Below, piece by piece: positions 12,066 through 25,800 of a stretch of 64,000 bases of DNA. Position numbers and translations under genes: made by a program. The stretch is from NCBI GenBank assembly GCA_965112735.1, contig OZ218959.1:1116001-1180000 (forward strand). The letters run 5' to 3'. The DNA is from Phaeosaccion multiseriatum (lineage: Eukaryota; Protista; Ochrophyta, other classes). The first letter of the stretch is position 1, and the number at the start of each line of letters is the position of its first letter. The notes below the pieces were generated by a model. That model was not told the DNA's origin and did not search any database. It worked only from the letters and a program-made list of their open reading frames with translations.

Positions 12066-13942
12066 TTCTCCCTCCTTGATGTCCCGAGAAGCTCTCACTC
12101 TCCTCTTCTCCCTTGTCTTCTGGCACTCTGCTCACTGCTCCAGCCTGGCTTGCTGTGAAGCCCCCCGTCCCCTGCGGAGGTTCGAAAGCCTCGCCACTGG
12201 TTGCGCCCCTCAGGTCCTTGAAACCATCATGCGCCGACCATCTCTTCCCACAGATGCTTAGGTGCCTTGCCAGGCCCTGCGCCCCCTCTTCGACTCTACT
12301 CTACTGCTGGTGCTCTCGCTGCTGCACTTCCGCCCGTCTTAATTTGGGCACAGCAGCCGGACCTCCTCCCGCAAGACAAAACCAGGCAGAAGAAGGGCTT
12401 CAAGCTTCTCTGTTAGCCTTTGCCTCAGCATGCTCCGCTGATTGATGAGGCAGATCCCTGGCCCAACTAGTAATTGTAGTAGCTGGCCCTCCTCTCGTCC
12501 CTCCTGCAACGTTGGCTACTTGCCTGGTGGCTCTACCACCTCGGCAGATAGAAAATTTCGGGAAATCCGGAAATCGGATTTTTCCGACGTCGGGGTCGGC
12601 TGTCACTGTACACACCTAGACTTACTACGCGCCCCCACAAGCAGTCATGCCACTGAGTGTGCGACGTGTGACACTGGGGCGATCAGGATGTACCCTTTTA
12701 AAGAAGGGACGAACGCAACCGTTCGCTTCCCTCTCACTTCTTCTTCCCAAAGCAAAAGCATTTGACTAGGCACTTCCCATACTAAGTGAACAGACAGCGG
12801 CATGGACTTCCTCCGCTGTGCGTGGAACGTTTCCTCGACCTCTACAAGTTCTGGGCGGGATTGCTGGCCTCTTTTAGTGCCGCGTCGTTGAGAGCATGTG
12901 CAAAGCCTAATTAGGCGGTCAGTGAGAACAACGCACACGGAGTTGCTGCAAGGGGAAAGGGAAAGTCGTCGGCACTTGCAAGGCTTTATGCTGCCGCCGG
13001 GCACCGTGAGGTCACATCATCAGGAGAGAGAGAACAGGGAAGGAAGAAGAGGAGGAGAGAGAAGTAATAGACCAGCACCAGCACCCGCGGACGAGAAGTC
13101 AAAAGAGCCTGGGGAGCAGGAGCGATGATGGCTGAGCGACTGGGGCTTGAGGCCCTCTGTGTGGACCGAACAAGACGACTTCCCCGCATCTACCTTAATC
13201 GTGTCATCCCCACCAGCGGGTCGACATGTCGCCAGAGCAGCAATCGGGAGTGGTCTCAACCTTGCCCCCCCTGGCTGCGGCGAATGCCCTTCCCCAGCAG
13301 CTCGCGGCGAGATGGCTCGCACACAGCGTGATGATGACACCGGTCTAAGCTGCAGGACTCACCGATCTCCAACACACCTTGCGAGCTGAAAAGAGCGCTG
13401 CTCAGAGTCTCGTTACCCGGGACTATGCCCGCCCGTTTGGACTCTTCGGTGTAGTATTGGCCGAACGAAACGGGGGGTGGGGGGGGAGCTTCGGGAAGGG
13501 CAGAGGAGGGCAGCAGCAAAAGTGGGTCGAGGCGCAAAAGGAGCAGAGGCACGCAGAGGCCAAGAACGGACAAGTTGGAGAGGACGTGAACGGGGCAATA
13601 CTGTAGTGGGGTGGCCCCGACCAAGAGAGAGACAGAGAAAGCGCAGAATTCCAGGGGTAACGCCGCAGCAGAGAGCGAGAGGCAAGAAAGAGAAAGCTGA
13701 GAGAAAAAGGGTCAGAGTGAACCGCCATGTGATACAGTTCTTCTTGATCCTTCAAGTATCGGGAGGTGATTCACTGGAATACCCAACGCGTCCAATCCAT
13801 GAGTCTTTGTTTCCCCGCACTGCACTCTCTTGTGTAAATGAAGCACTTTGGGAGTGCTGCAAGCTTGCTTTCAATCAGAAAATATTAACATGACTCTACA
13901 GTCTTAAGCGAATACCCCCCAACGGTACCCACCCCGACCATC

Positions 13943-15530
13943 CTAACCACTCTGGTCGCTCTGCATCCCCCCTCCTCCTCCTCCTCCTCCTCCTCCTCCT
14001 CCTCCTCCTCCTCCTCCTCCACTCCCTGCTGCGAGCCCCCCCATCACCTTCCCCTCGGGGCCGCTGACATTGCTCCCCATCGCGTCAGGCCCTGACCCGA
14101 GATACCCCATGGTCTTACCCTCAGGGCCGCTTATGCTCTGGCCACTCTGACCACTCTGCATCCCTCCTCCTCCTCCTCCTCCTCCTCCTCCTCCTCCACT
14201 CCCTGCTGCGAGCCCCCCCATCACCTTCCCCTCGGGCCCGCTGACATTGCTCCCCATCGCGTCAGGCCCTGACCCGAGATACCCCATGGTCTTACCCTCA
14301 GGGCCGCTTATGCTCTGGCCACTCTGACCACTCTGCATCCCTCCTCCTCCTCCTCCTCCTCCTCCTCCTCCTCCTCCTCCACTCCCTGCTGCGAGCCCCC
14401 CCATCACCTTCCCCACGGGCCCGCTGACATTGCTCCCCATCGCGTCAGGCCCTGACCCGAGATACCCCATGGTCTTACCCTCAGGGCCGCTTATGCTCTG
14501 GCCACTCTGACCACTCTGCATCCCTCCTCCTCCTCCTCCTCCTCCTCCTCCTCCTCCACTCCCTGCTGCGAGCCCCCCCATCACCTTCCCCTCGGGCCCG
14601 CTGACATTGCTCCCCATCGCGTCAGGCCCTGACCCGAGATACCCCATGGTCTTACCCTCAGGGCCGCTTATGCTCTGGCCACTCTGACCCCTCTGCATTC
14701 CTCGTCCTCCTCCTCCTCCTCCACTCGCTCCTGCCAGCACCCCCATCATCACCCCCCCGGGGCCGCTGAGAGTGCTCCCCCCCATCGACGTCAAGTTAGT
14801 ACCCGACCCGAGGCTCCCCATCACGACACCATCGGGGCCGCTGATGCTCTGGCCACTCTGACCACTCTGGATACTCTGCATCCCTCCTCCTCCTCCACTC
14901 CCTGCTGCGAGCCCCCCCATCACCTTCCCCTCGGGCCCGCTGACATTGCTCCCCATCGCGTCAGGCCCTGACCCGAGATACCCCATGGTCTTACCCTCAG
15001 GGCCGCTTATGCTCTGGCCACTCTGACCACTCTGCATCCCTCCTCCTCCTCCTCCTCCTCCTCCTCCTCCTCCTCCACTCCCTGCTGCGAGCCCCCCCAT
15101 CACCTTCCCCTCGGGCCCGCTGACATTGCTCCCCATCGCGTCAGGCCCTGACCCGAGATACCCCATGGTCTTACCCTCAGGGCCGCTTATGCTCTGGCCA
15201 CTCTGACCCCTCTGCATCCCTCGTCCTCCTCCTCCTCCTCCACTCGCTCCTGCCAGCACCCCCATCATCACCCCCCCGGGGCCGCTGAGAGTGCTCCCCC
15301 CCATCGACGTCAGGTTAGTACCCGACCCGAGGCTCCCCATCACGACACCATCGGGGCCGCTGATGCTCTGGCCACTCTGACCACTCTGGATACTCTGCAT
15401 CCCTCCTCCTCCTTCGCTTCCTGCTGCGACCCCCCCCATCATCACCCCCCCGGAGCCGCTGACAGTGCTCTCCTCCGGCCCTGACCCCGACCCGAGAGTC
15501 CCCATTACCACTCCATCCGGTCCCTCGACC
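13943..15530 (-). repeat. Coding tandem repeat, about 180-bp (60-aa) unit SGPEGKTMGYLGSGPDAMGSNVSGPEGKVMGGLAAGS(G)nMQSGQSGQSI, 9 units
   Basis: Directly visible. The same unit occurs about 3.5 times at 5490-6010 and 4-5 times at 22640-23610. Confidence 0.95.
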
Positions 15531-15790
15531 CTGCTGTCGCGGCGGCGATCACTACGCTCCAGAGACATAGGAATGAGAGATTCGCTCACCCGACTGCCCC
15601 GCAGAGAAAATGACGAGCGGTAGGAAGCAAAGCGCTTGGAGCTAAGGATACTTCGCTGGATCCTGGAGCCGGCATTGCACATTTGATAGACCGCAACTGA
15701 GACCAGGGAAACGTTCATGAGCACAAGGAAGTAACCGAACACGTCTTGACTCTGCTCGTCTTCCTCTGAAACGTCCACCTGTATCGACAC

Positions 15791-15824
<34 letters not shown>

Positions 15825-16058
15825 GAGGAGGAGGAGGAGGAGGAGGTCAGAGTGGTCAGAGCACATTCGTCAAGGAAGGAAGAAAGGACGAAGGAGGGAG
15901 GGAAGGAAGCAAGCAAGGAAGGAAAGAAAGTCGGCAGGCTGGAAGGAGGGAAGGAAGGAAGGAAGGAAGGAAGGAGGGAGGGAAGGAAGGGAGGGAGGGA
16001 GGAAGGAAGGAAGGAGGGAAGGAGGGAGGAAGGAAGGGAGGGAGGAAGGAAGGAAGGA

Positions 16059-16098
<40 letters not shown>

Positions 16099-17296
16099 AC
16101 GAACGAAAGAAAGAAAGAACGAAAGAAAGAAAGAAAGAACGAAAGAAAGGAAGGAAAAACCAAGGAGGGGAAGGAAGGAAGCAAGCAAGCAAGCAAGCAA
16201 GCAACAAGGAACGAAGGAAGGAAGGAAGGAAGGAAGGAAGGAAGGAAGGAAGGAAGGAAGGAAGGAAGGAAGGAAGGAAGGAGGTGCTCCTCGCCGCTCA
16301 CCTTTGTCGCGAAGGTCAGGAACATGGACAGGAAGATGATGGTCGCCCCGCTGAGGTACAGCTTGGTGTCCGCGGGGTCGGCGAAGGGTTGCACCGCGGC
16401 TGCGATTACCATTGTCGCCACGCTGAACACACAGGCAATACCCGCCTGTCCGGCCGTTCCGGCGAGCACAAAGACGAGCACTCCGGTGAGGAGGAGACGT
16501 CGAGCGCACTCGCAGAGCTCCCAGTAGAAGTGCTTCTCGCGGTCTGTAGTAGGTATGGAGTGGGGCAAGGGTCAGCAGCGTCCAGCCACGCAAGGAGCCG
16601 AGGTAAAGGGGGTGAGAGGAGGACATCAGAGTTAGAGCTCGCCTACAAAATGGGATTCTCTCTCTCTTCTCTTGAATCAGCTGCTTGCTGCCCGGCATAG
16701 CACAGGAGAGGAGGCATGGACAACAGGGAAGGAGACCGGAGGGGAGGAGAGCCAACAATACTTACAGGCATTCCATAAGAACCCCGAGGACTGGACTCTC
16801 TTCTTCCTGCTCTGCCCTGCCGCCCCCGCGCCGCCACCGCTGCTGCTGCTCCTCGTCCCCGCTTCCTCCCCACCACCCTGTGACACCTCAGCCCCGTCCG
16901 TGGCAGCATCGGCACCGACTGCGCCGTCAACCGTCACCCCGGCATGGGCAGGGTTGGTCTCCACAGCATCACCATATTCAGCTACTCCGACCACTCCGCC
17001 CTCGCGCAACAGCTGCTCCTCCTCCTGCTCCTTTCCGCTGCTGCGAGGTCTGCATTCTCTGCTCCTTCTCCGCAGCTCCGTCGCGAACATGTATGGTATG
17101 CCCATGGGGTACAGCAGAATCATGCAAGCGGCGTACACGCGGAAAGCCGTGTGGCGAGGGGTATAACACTCGATGGCGTAGTCCGCGCGCAGATAAGATG
17201 CGTCGCTTTCGTCGCGTAGGGAGTGATCGCACGCGAAGGTCTGAAAGACGACAGTACTTGTGCTGGAGTCTGAGGAGGAGGCATGCAGACAGACAA

Positions 17297-17327
<31 letters not shown>

Positions 17328-20300
17328 CACAGGTAGGCAGTTAGACAGGGGAGGGAGGAGAGAACCTAATGCAAAAGCGGGGACCAATGCATTGATCACC
17401 CCTGCCCTCCCTCTCTCTCTTCTCCTCCCTGACCCCCTCCCGGGCACTCACAGATGAGGAAGGCGAACACCAGCATGCCGTTCCGGAGCTTTTCTTTCAC
17501 CGCTGCATCCCACTCCTGGACACCACTGTCCTCCTCCTCGTCGTCGTCCTCCTCTTCCTCCTCCTCATCCTGCTCTTCCTCCTCCTCCTCCTCCTCCTCC
17601 TCCTCCTCCTCCTCCTCCTCCTCCTCCTCCTCCTCCTTCTCCTCCTCCTCCTCCTCCTCCTCCTCCTCCTCCTCCCTGCGCCCCTCGTTCGCTGCTTCGA
17701 CCGACGACGTCGGCGCGCGCGACGCCGTTACGGATGACGTAGATGGGTGCTCCTCGAGGGTCGATGGAGTTGGATTGTCGACAGACGATTGGCCCTCGAA
17801 CATCGGCGGAGTGGGGGCGTCCTTTGAGTCACGACCGAACGCTCCCACGCCTCTCTCGTCCCCTGCCCTGCCCAGAGCAGTCGTGCCATCAGAAAACACA
17901 GAGGAGGGCTTGTTGGTGTTGTTCTTCTTCTTCTTCTTTCTTCTACCCGTTTTCGTCACCACCACCAGCCGGAAAAGGTAGGTGAAGAGCAACACCAACA
18001 GCACAAGCGCGAAGGGCGCGAGTGTGGTGGCGAGCAAACGGTTGTAAAAGCCATCCACCCCGTCAAAGGCGCAGCCGACCGACAGCAGGCGACCAACATC
18101 CAGATCCAGCAGCGACATCCACCCCAAGAAGCGCTCGTAGGAGTGCGGCAGGCGCAGGCCGGTGATGGCGAGGTACTGAGTTAGGATCTGGAACATGACC
18201 ACGGGCGTGCGCAGCTTGCCCAAGGGGAGGGCTCGCACGCTCGCGCCTGCAGAGAGAAGCAACTTGCCGAGTGTAGAGGTGGACTTGCCAACGTCCAGGA
18301 GGGCTGCGTTGGTCTCGTCGACGAGCAGCGCCGACTGCAACGCGCGGTACAGCAGCCACAGAAGCAGCACCAGGACGAGCGCAATCGCTAGCAGCAGGGG
18401 CACAGCGGCGCGAGTGGAGCTCCTGGATGGACATTCGTTACACTGGTGGCCGTTGAAGTTGTAGTAGCCGCTCGAGCATACGGCGCAGTCTGTGCGTGGG
18501 TGTGCGTGCGTGCATGTGTGTGTGAGTTTGTGTGAGAGAGAGAATGTGTGTGTGGGCGTGAGATAGGGGGAAGATGGCACCGAAGGTTTCTCTACATGTT
18601 CTACTTTTTGAGGGCGAGTTTACACAAGGATAACACTCGCTCACCCACTCTCTCCCTCAGTCAGTCACCCAGGTCAACCACTCCCTCACTCACTCACTCA
18701 CTCACTTCCTCACTCAATCACTCACTCTCACTCACCCACCCACTCACTCACTCATTCATTCACTTCAACCATTCACGGATCCAACGCTCCCTCCCTTCCT
18801 TCCATCCACTCACATGGTCCCTCGTACCCCGCGTTGCAGTACTCGCCCGTCTCTCTCGCAGCCACACCGCCCTTACACGCACCAGTGCCAAGGCACTCGC
18901 GCACGTCTACAGACTGCAGAGAGACTCTCCAGTGCCCCGGCAGGAGGGGAATGTCCCGTGGGGTGGTGCCCACGCCGAAGCTGCTGCAAGCCATGGTGTC
19001 TGCGTCACACACGTCGCACATCTGCGCGTGGGTGTGGGTGCGTGTGCGGGGACAAGAGGGAGGGCAGGGAGGGGGCTGAGAGAGAGAACAAAGTGCAGCA
19101 ATGATGAGCGAAGAGGCAAGGCTGTAGTCGCAAAGAAGCCTCCTCCTCCTTGAGTGAGTGCTGCCCCGCTCTTACGGAGTGACCTCAAGGTACGCACTGT
19201 GCGATGACTCCTCTCACTGAGCCCATCGTTCGCCGCCTCCCCTCCCTCCTCCTCCTCCTCTTCCTCCTCCTCCTCCTCTTCTTCCTCCTCCTCCTCCTCC
19301 TCCTCCTCCTCCTCCTCTTCCTCCTCCCCTCCTCCTCCTCCTCCTCCTCCTCCTCCTCCTCCTCCTCCTCCTCCTCCTGCTGCTGCTGCTCCTGCTGCCC
19401 TTCTCTCGTACCTCGTTACGAGGGGACCAGAACTCGCCAATTCGGCAGCATGTTGTGTCGTCGTCTCCCAAGCTGATGTCCTCGCATGAGCAGGAGGAAA
19501 GGGCAGAAGCACACACCCCTGCGTCTCCTTCGCTCTCGTCGCCGCCGCACAAACCCAAGATGTCAAAGTTCCCGTGGCAGCAGCCCGCGCTGTTCCCATG
19601 AAAGGCTATTGGAGTATCAGTAACCGCCACATCAAGACCGCGACGGCGCTGCCCCTCCTCTCGACCAGCAGGGCCATCTGTGATTGTGATCGAGGCAGAT
19701 GACAGTCCGCCGATGCCCCCCCCGCTCCGCAGACACTCATTGTTGGCGACGAGGGTTCCATCCCCAATGGAGAGATCGGAATCGCCGCCCAAGTAAATGG
19801 CACCTCCGTAGGCCCCTGCCGAGTTGTTCGTAACGGTCGTCGCCAACAAGCGGAGGCTACTGACGGGGGCCACGAACAGGGCTCCGCCTGGTGAGAGGAA
19901 ACGGAGGACCGGAAACGGGGGGGAGAATGTGAAACTTATTTACTTGCTCCCGCAGCCACATGAGTGAGGGAAAGAGAGGGACATGCCATTAAAACAAGAT
20001 ACTTCGAAGTAGTAAAGAAGCCATCTCTTTGAAGGCTCTACTAAACGCGTGGCTGTACGTACGTACCATCTTCCGCCGCCGCATTGAGGTGAAAGTCGCA
20101 GTTCTCAATGACTGGAATTCCTCCCTCAACAAAGCCCGCGAGAAACACGCCTCCTCCTCTGCGGGCGGTGTTGTTGACCACTTCAGAGTCCCGCAGCGAG
20201 CCGAGGCCCTCCAGGTACGCCACGTGCAGGGCTCCTCCGTCGCCCTTGGCCATATTATCTCGGAAGAGGCAATTCGAGGTAGTCAGATCCGTACTCTGAA

Positions 20301-21977
20301 ACGCTATGCCCGCTCCATTGACTGCGCGGCTGTTCTCAATGGTGATGATGTCCGTGGGGGTGGCTGGAGTGCCACCATGTATGTATAGACTGCACTCTGG
20401 GCCCGAGAAGATGCCACCCCCCCAATTTGCTTCGTTGGAGTCGAAGGTGACATTACCCGTGATGTTTGCATCGCATCCGTCGTTCAGGAAGAGCCCTCCA
20501 CCTTGACCGAGGGCCATGTTACCCCTGAACTGAGCGTTGCCGGAGATGTTAGCGACGACAGTGTCTGAAAGTAGCACCCCACCGCCGTAACTATTCAGAG
20601 CAAGCAAAGAAGAGACGGAGGGAGGGAGGGAGGGGGCGGTCCACGTGATGGTGTGATGCGAGGCCGGTATAAGGCTTGACTGGCGGATGCAAACGAACAT
20701 CGTTTCACAGGCGAAGGCAGGAGGTGACACAGCCCCCACTCTCCGTCTCCACTCACCTCGCTTTGTTGTCCACAAACGAAGCTTCGTCCGAAACGTTGAG
20801 GAAGCACTTGTTATTTATGAACACCCCCCCTCCGTACAGCCCTGCCTCGTTCTCGCAGAAGTTGGCTCTGCCGCTGAGTGTCAACTTGCTCATTATCTCA
20901 ATGTGGACACCGCCTCCTCCGCCGTTGCGTTGGATAACTTTGTTGCGGCACATCGAGGCGTCATGTTGCATGATTATGGAAGCTTCTTGTGAACAAAAGA
21001 CAGCGCCGCCTCCCTTGAGGGACACACACTTTTGTTTCGGGGGGGGGCGGGGGGGCATACAGGCAAAAGATGCGCGGAGGGGGAGAGACGAAGGAAGCAA
21101 ACCGTTACGGAGTGGGGGTGGGGAGGGGGAGGGGGAGGGGCTCGCAGAAAGGCAAGAGCAATAAAGGCCCTTCGCCGCAGGCCGAGTCTTAGCCGCCGAG
21201 GAGGGCATCGGCCAGCCCATCCCGTCCGCTCCCGGGGAGAGGGCGCGGCTCACAGTGCAACCCTCCCGTCAATATACACCCACCACACGGACACACATGG
21301 ACATATGCACCTGGCTGCTTGCTTACCGATTCAATCGAGGACTCGTCCCTCATCTCCAGGGAAGACCCAAATCCATACATGAAGATCGCTCCGCCCACAT
21401 TCGATGAGTTGCAGTGGGTGATGGAGGCGCTGTCGTTCATAACCAGCTCTGCGTGAATCGCCCATATGGCCCCGCCATCAAGGGCGTTATTCGAGGTGAG
21501 CACACTCTCGCCCACAATCTCCACGCGACCCCCCAGCACCAATATGGCTCCACCGCCACCTCTACCCTCCCTTTTGCCAGTCAACAACAAAATGCCCCCA
21601 TCTTTGTCTGCGATGCTCGACCCGTTGGCGAGCGTCATGTCCCTCAGGATCAGCACCGCCTCTGCACCCACACGGAATAGTCTTGTGGTCCCTCCTCCAT
21701 CTATCTGCGACGTTGCGGCATCAACCCCTGTGATGGCCAGGATCGTGTTGCTCACGTCGAGCTGCTCGGTTAGCGGGATGGTCCCGTCCCATGCCACCTC
21801 AACCCGGCGCTGCTGAGCCTGTGTGGTATTCAGGATCTCACGCAGCCGCACCACGTCCTCCGTGGAGTTCACAGTCAGGGACACGACGTCTTGGCCGGAG
21901 ACGAGCGGCAGCAGCAGCAGCAGCTGCTGCAATCCATGCAGGACGAGCCACCAGAGAACACTTTGCCTGCCTTCCAT
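13943..21977 (-). CDS. Pmp-like beta-helix multi-TM surface receptor, paralog B (about 9 exons; 9 tail repeat units)
   Basis: Collinear with paralog A exon by exon. ATG at 21977 with signal peptide (LQQLLLLLPLVSG|QD). Poly-Glu loop near 17540-17670. Stop TAG at 13945-13943. Confidence 0.85.
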
Positions 21978-22892
21978 CCTGGAAGCAGCAAGTCAACAGC
22001 AGATCTTTGACCATAGAAACTCTCCTCTTCTCCCTTCTCCCTCCTACAGCTCTGCTGAGGCGGATGCACCGGCCAAGAAGATGCCTGAGGCGGAGGTCCC
22101 TCAGCGTGACGTCCAACCACTTGAGCACCTAAGCCGCTGGTTCAAGCAATGCGAGGCCTCGCTCACGCCACCCCCCGCCCCTCGCTCCTCGGTCAGCAGC
22201 TCCTCGAAGCAACAACGTCACCGCAACCAGCCACTTGTGTTGTTGTTTGGCCCCTCTTCGCCTTCTGGACCTAGCCGCCGCTCCTCCCCTTCCTCTTACA
22301 TTCTTCTTCTTCTATCTCTTCAACTATTTTATGATGGACCTCCACAAAGGTCCCCTTTATTTTCTCTAGACAACGGCTCCACTACTGTGATGAGGCAGAC
22401 CTCTTTTACCTGTATGATAACGCGCTCTCTCTCTCTCTCTCTCTCTGTATGATCACGCTCTCTCTGTGTGACCCCTGCTGAGGGAGCTCGGAGGAAAGGA
22501 TACAAAACAAAAAGGAATCCAAAAATGCGTGCAGAGAACCCCACGGAGAGGTTATCCGACGGCAAATTAAAGCCCTTCAATTGGGTAGTGAAGCATTGTA
22601 CCTTCGCTCTCAGCGTTGACCGACGGGAGAATTCCCATGACCTTTCCCTCGGGGCCGCTTATACTCTAGCCACTAGCCATCCTAACCACTCTGGTCACTC
22701 TGCCCCCCCCCCCCCCCCTCCTCCTCCCCCTCCTCCTCCTCGCTCCTCCTCCCCTCCTCCTCCTCCTCCTCCTCCTCCTCCTCCTCCTCCTCCTCCTCCT
22801 CCTCCACTCCCTGCTGCGAGCCCCCCCATCACCTTCCCCTCGGGCCCGCTGACATTGCTCCCCATCGCGTCAGGCCCTGACCCCCCATGGTC

Positions 22893-25800
22893 TTAGCTAC
22901 CCTCAGGGCCGCTGATGCTCTGACCACTCTGCATCCCTCCTCCTCCTCCTCCTCCTCCTCCTCCTCCTCCTCCTCCTCCTCCTCCTCCACTCCCTGCTGC
23001 GAGCCCCCCCATCACCTTCCCCTCGGGCCCGCTGACATTGCTCCCCATCGCGTCAGGCCCTGACCCGAGATACCCCATGGTCTTACCCTCAGGGCCGCTG
23101 ATGCTCTGGCCACTCTGACCCCTCTGCATCCCTCCTCCTCCTCCTCCTCCTCCTCCTCCTCCACTCCCTGCTGCGAGCCCCCCCATCACCTTCCCCTCGG
23201 GCCCGCTGACATTGCTCCCCATCGCGTCCGGCCCTGACCCGAGATACCCCATGGTCTTACCCTCAGGGCCGCTTATGCTCTGGCCGCTCTGACCACTCTG
23301 CATCCCTCGTCCTCCTCCTCCTCCTCCTCCTCCACTCGCTCCTGCCAGCACCCCCATCACCTTCCCCTCGGGCCCGCTGACATTGCTCCCCATCGCGTCA
23401 GGCCCTGACCCGAGATACCCCATGGTCTTACCCTCAGGGCCGCTGATGCTCTGGTCACTCTGACCACTCTGGATACTCCTCTGCATCCCTCCTCCTCCTT
23501 CGCTTCCTGCTGCGAGTCCCCCCATCATCACCCCCCCGGGGCCGCTGACAGTGCTCTCCATCGGCCCTGACCCCGACCCGAGAGTCCCCATTACCATTCC
23601 ATCCGGTCCCTTGACCCTGCTGCTGCCGCGGCCACTGCGGCTAGCAACAAGGCCAGAGGAGTGCCGCGGAAGCGGGTGTTCGTTCACCCGACTGCCCTGC
23701 ATAGAAAAGGACTTGCTGCGGTAGGAAGCGAAGCGCTTGGAGTTACGGACACTTCGCTGGATCCTGGAGCCGGCATTGCACATTTGATAGACCGCAGCTG
23801 AGATCAGAGAAACGTTCATGAGAATGAGGAAGAAGCCGAACACATCTTGACTCTGCTCATCTTCGTCTGATACGTCCACCTGGGAGGAGAAGGAGGAGGA
23901 GGAGGGGACGGGCGTGTGTGTCAAGGGCGGGTCATGTGGACCACACCCAGCAGAAGGAGGAGAGGGGCAGGGAGGAAAGAATGAATGAAAAACCAAGGAG
24001 GGGAAGGGAAAAAGGAAGGAAGGAAGGAAGGAAGGAAGGAAGGAAGGAAGGAAGGAAGGAGGGAAGGAAGGAAGGAAGGAAGGAAGGAAGGAAGGAAGGA
24101 AGGCCCTTCTCCTCCCCGCTCACCTTTGTCGCGAAGGTCAGGAACATGGACAGGAAGATGATGGCCGCCCCGCTGAGGTACAGCTTGGTGTCCGCGGGGT
24201 CGGCGAAGGGTTGCACCGCGGCTGCGATTACCATGGTCCCTGCACTGAACACACAGGCAATACCCGCCTGTCCGGCCGTTCCGGCGAGCACAAAGACGAG
24301 CACTCCGGTGAGGAGGAGACGTCGAGCGCACTCGCAGAGCTCCCAGTAGAAGTGCTTCTCGCGGTCTGTAGTAGGTATGGAGTGGGGCAAGGGTCAGCAG
24401 CGTCCAGCCACGCAAGGAGCCGAGGTAAAGGGGGTGAGAGGAGGACATCAGAGTTAGAGCTCGCCTACAAAATGGGATTCTCTCTCTCTTCTCTTGACCC
24501 AGCTACGTGCCCAGACCAAGGAAGGAGGAGGGTTGGAGGGAAGAGAGAAGGAGAAGGGAGAGAGGGGAAGGAGGAGGGCCCGTGTCCACACAACACAACG
24601 GTTTCCATTTGGTTGCTCCAGAGGTGCAAGCACGCTTCCCACTTACAGGCATTCCATAAGAACCCCGAGGACTGGACTTCCTTCTTCCTGGTCCGCCCTG
24701 CCGCCCCCGTGCTCCTCGTCCCCGCTTCCTCCCCACCACCCTGTGACACCTCAGCCCCGTCCGTGGCAGCATCGGCACCGACTGTGCCGTCAACCGCCAC
24801 CCCGGCATGGGCAGGGTTGGTCTCCACACCAGCGCCATCTTCGTCCTCTCCATCCACTCGTCCCTCGCGCAACAGCTGCTGCTCCTCCTGCTCCTTTCCG
24901 CTGCTGCGAGGTCTGCATTCTCTGCTCCTTCTCCGCAGCTCCGTCGCGAACATGTACGGTATGCCCATGGGGTACAGCAGAATCATGCAAGCGGCGTACA
25001 CGCGGAAAGCCGTGTGGCGAGGGGTATAACACTCGATGGCGTAGTCCGCGCGCAGGTAAGATGTGTCGCTTTCGTCGCGTAGGGAGTTGTCACACGCGAA
25101 GGTTTGAAAGACGACGGTACTTGTGCTGGAGTCTGAGGAGGAGGCATGCAGACAGACAAAGAGACAGACAGACAGACAGGCAGGCAGGCAGTCAGTCAGT
25201 TAGACAGGGGATGGAGGAAGGCACGAGAGAACCCAATGCAAAAGCGGGGACTAGCTGGAGCATTGATCGATCACGTTCTCCCTTCCTCTGTCACTCCCTC
25301 CTCCTTCCTGACCCCCTCCCGGGCACTCACAGATGAGGAAGGCGAACACCAGCATGCCGTTCCAGAGCTTTTCTTTCACTGCTGTATCCCACCGCTGCCT
25401 GACGAGACCCTCCTCCTCCTCCCCCTCCTTTTCCTCCCCCCGCTCTTTCTCTTCCTCCACCCCCTCCTCCTCCTCCTCCTCCTCCTCCTCCTCCTCCTCC
25501 TCCTCCTCCTCCTCCCTCTCCCTTCGCCCCGCGTCCACTGGTCCGACCGAAGCAGTAGGTGCAGCTGACAAAGAAGCTTCGACCACAGACATTGAGGAAG
25601 ATTGACCCTCGAGGACGGGTGGAGTGGGAGGGTCGAAGGACCCGCTGAAGGGTCCCACGCCTCCTCCTGCCCCTGCGCTAGGCAGCGGTGTTGCATTCAC
25701 CTTGCCGGCTTCGCCACCAACGTCCCCGTTGCCATCACTCAGGCCAGACTGCTGACTGTGCTGCTGCCGCCACCCACCCCCGCTCGTCCGTCCCCGCCAG

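Noticed and set aside
15852-16758. Long ORFs rich in KEGR/LPSF repeats (also near 6311, 23918, 47076 and 59293)
   Set aside because: These are translations of (GGAA)n, (GAAA)n and (TAG)n intronic microsatellites, or antisense shadows of real exons.
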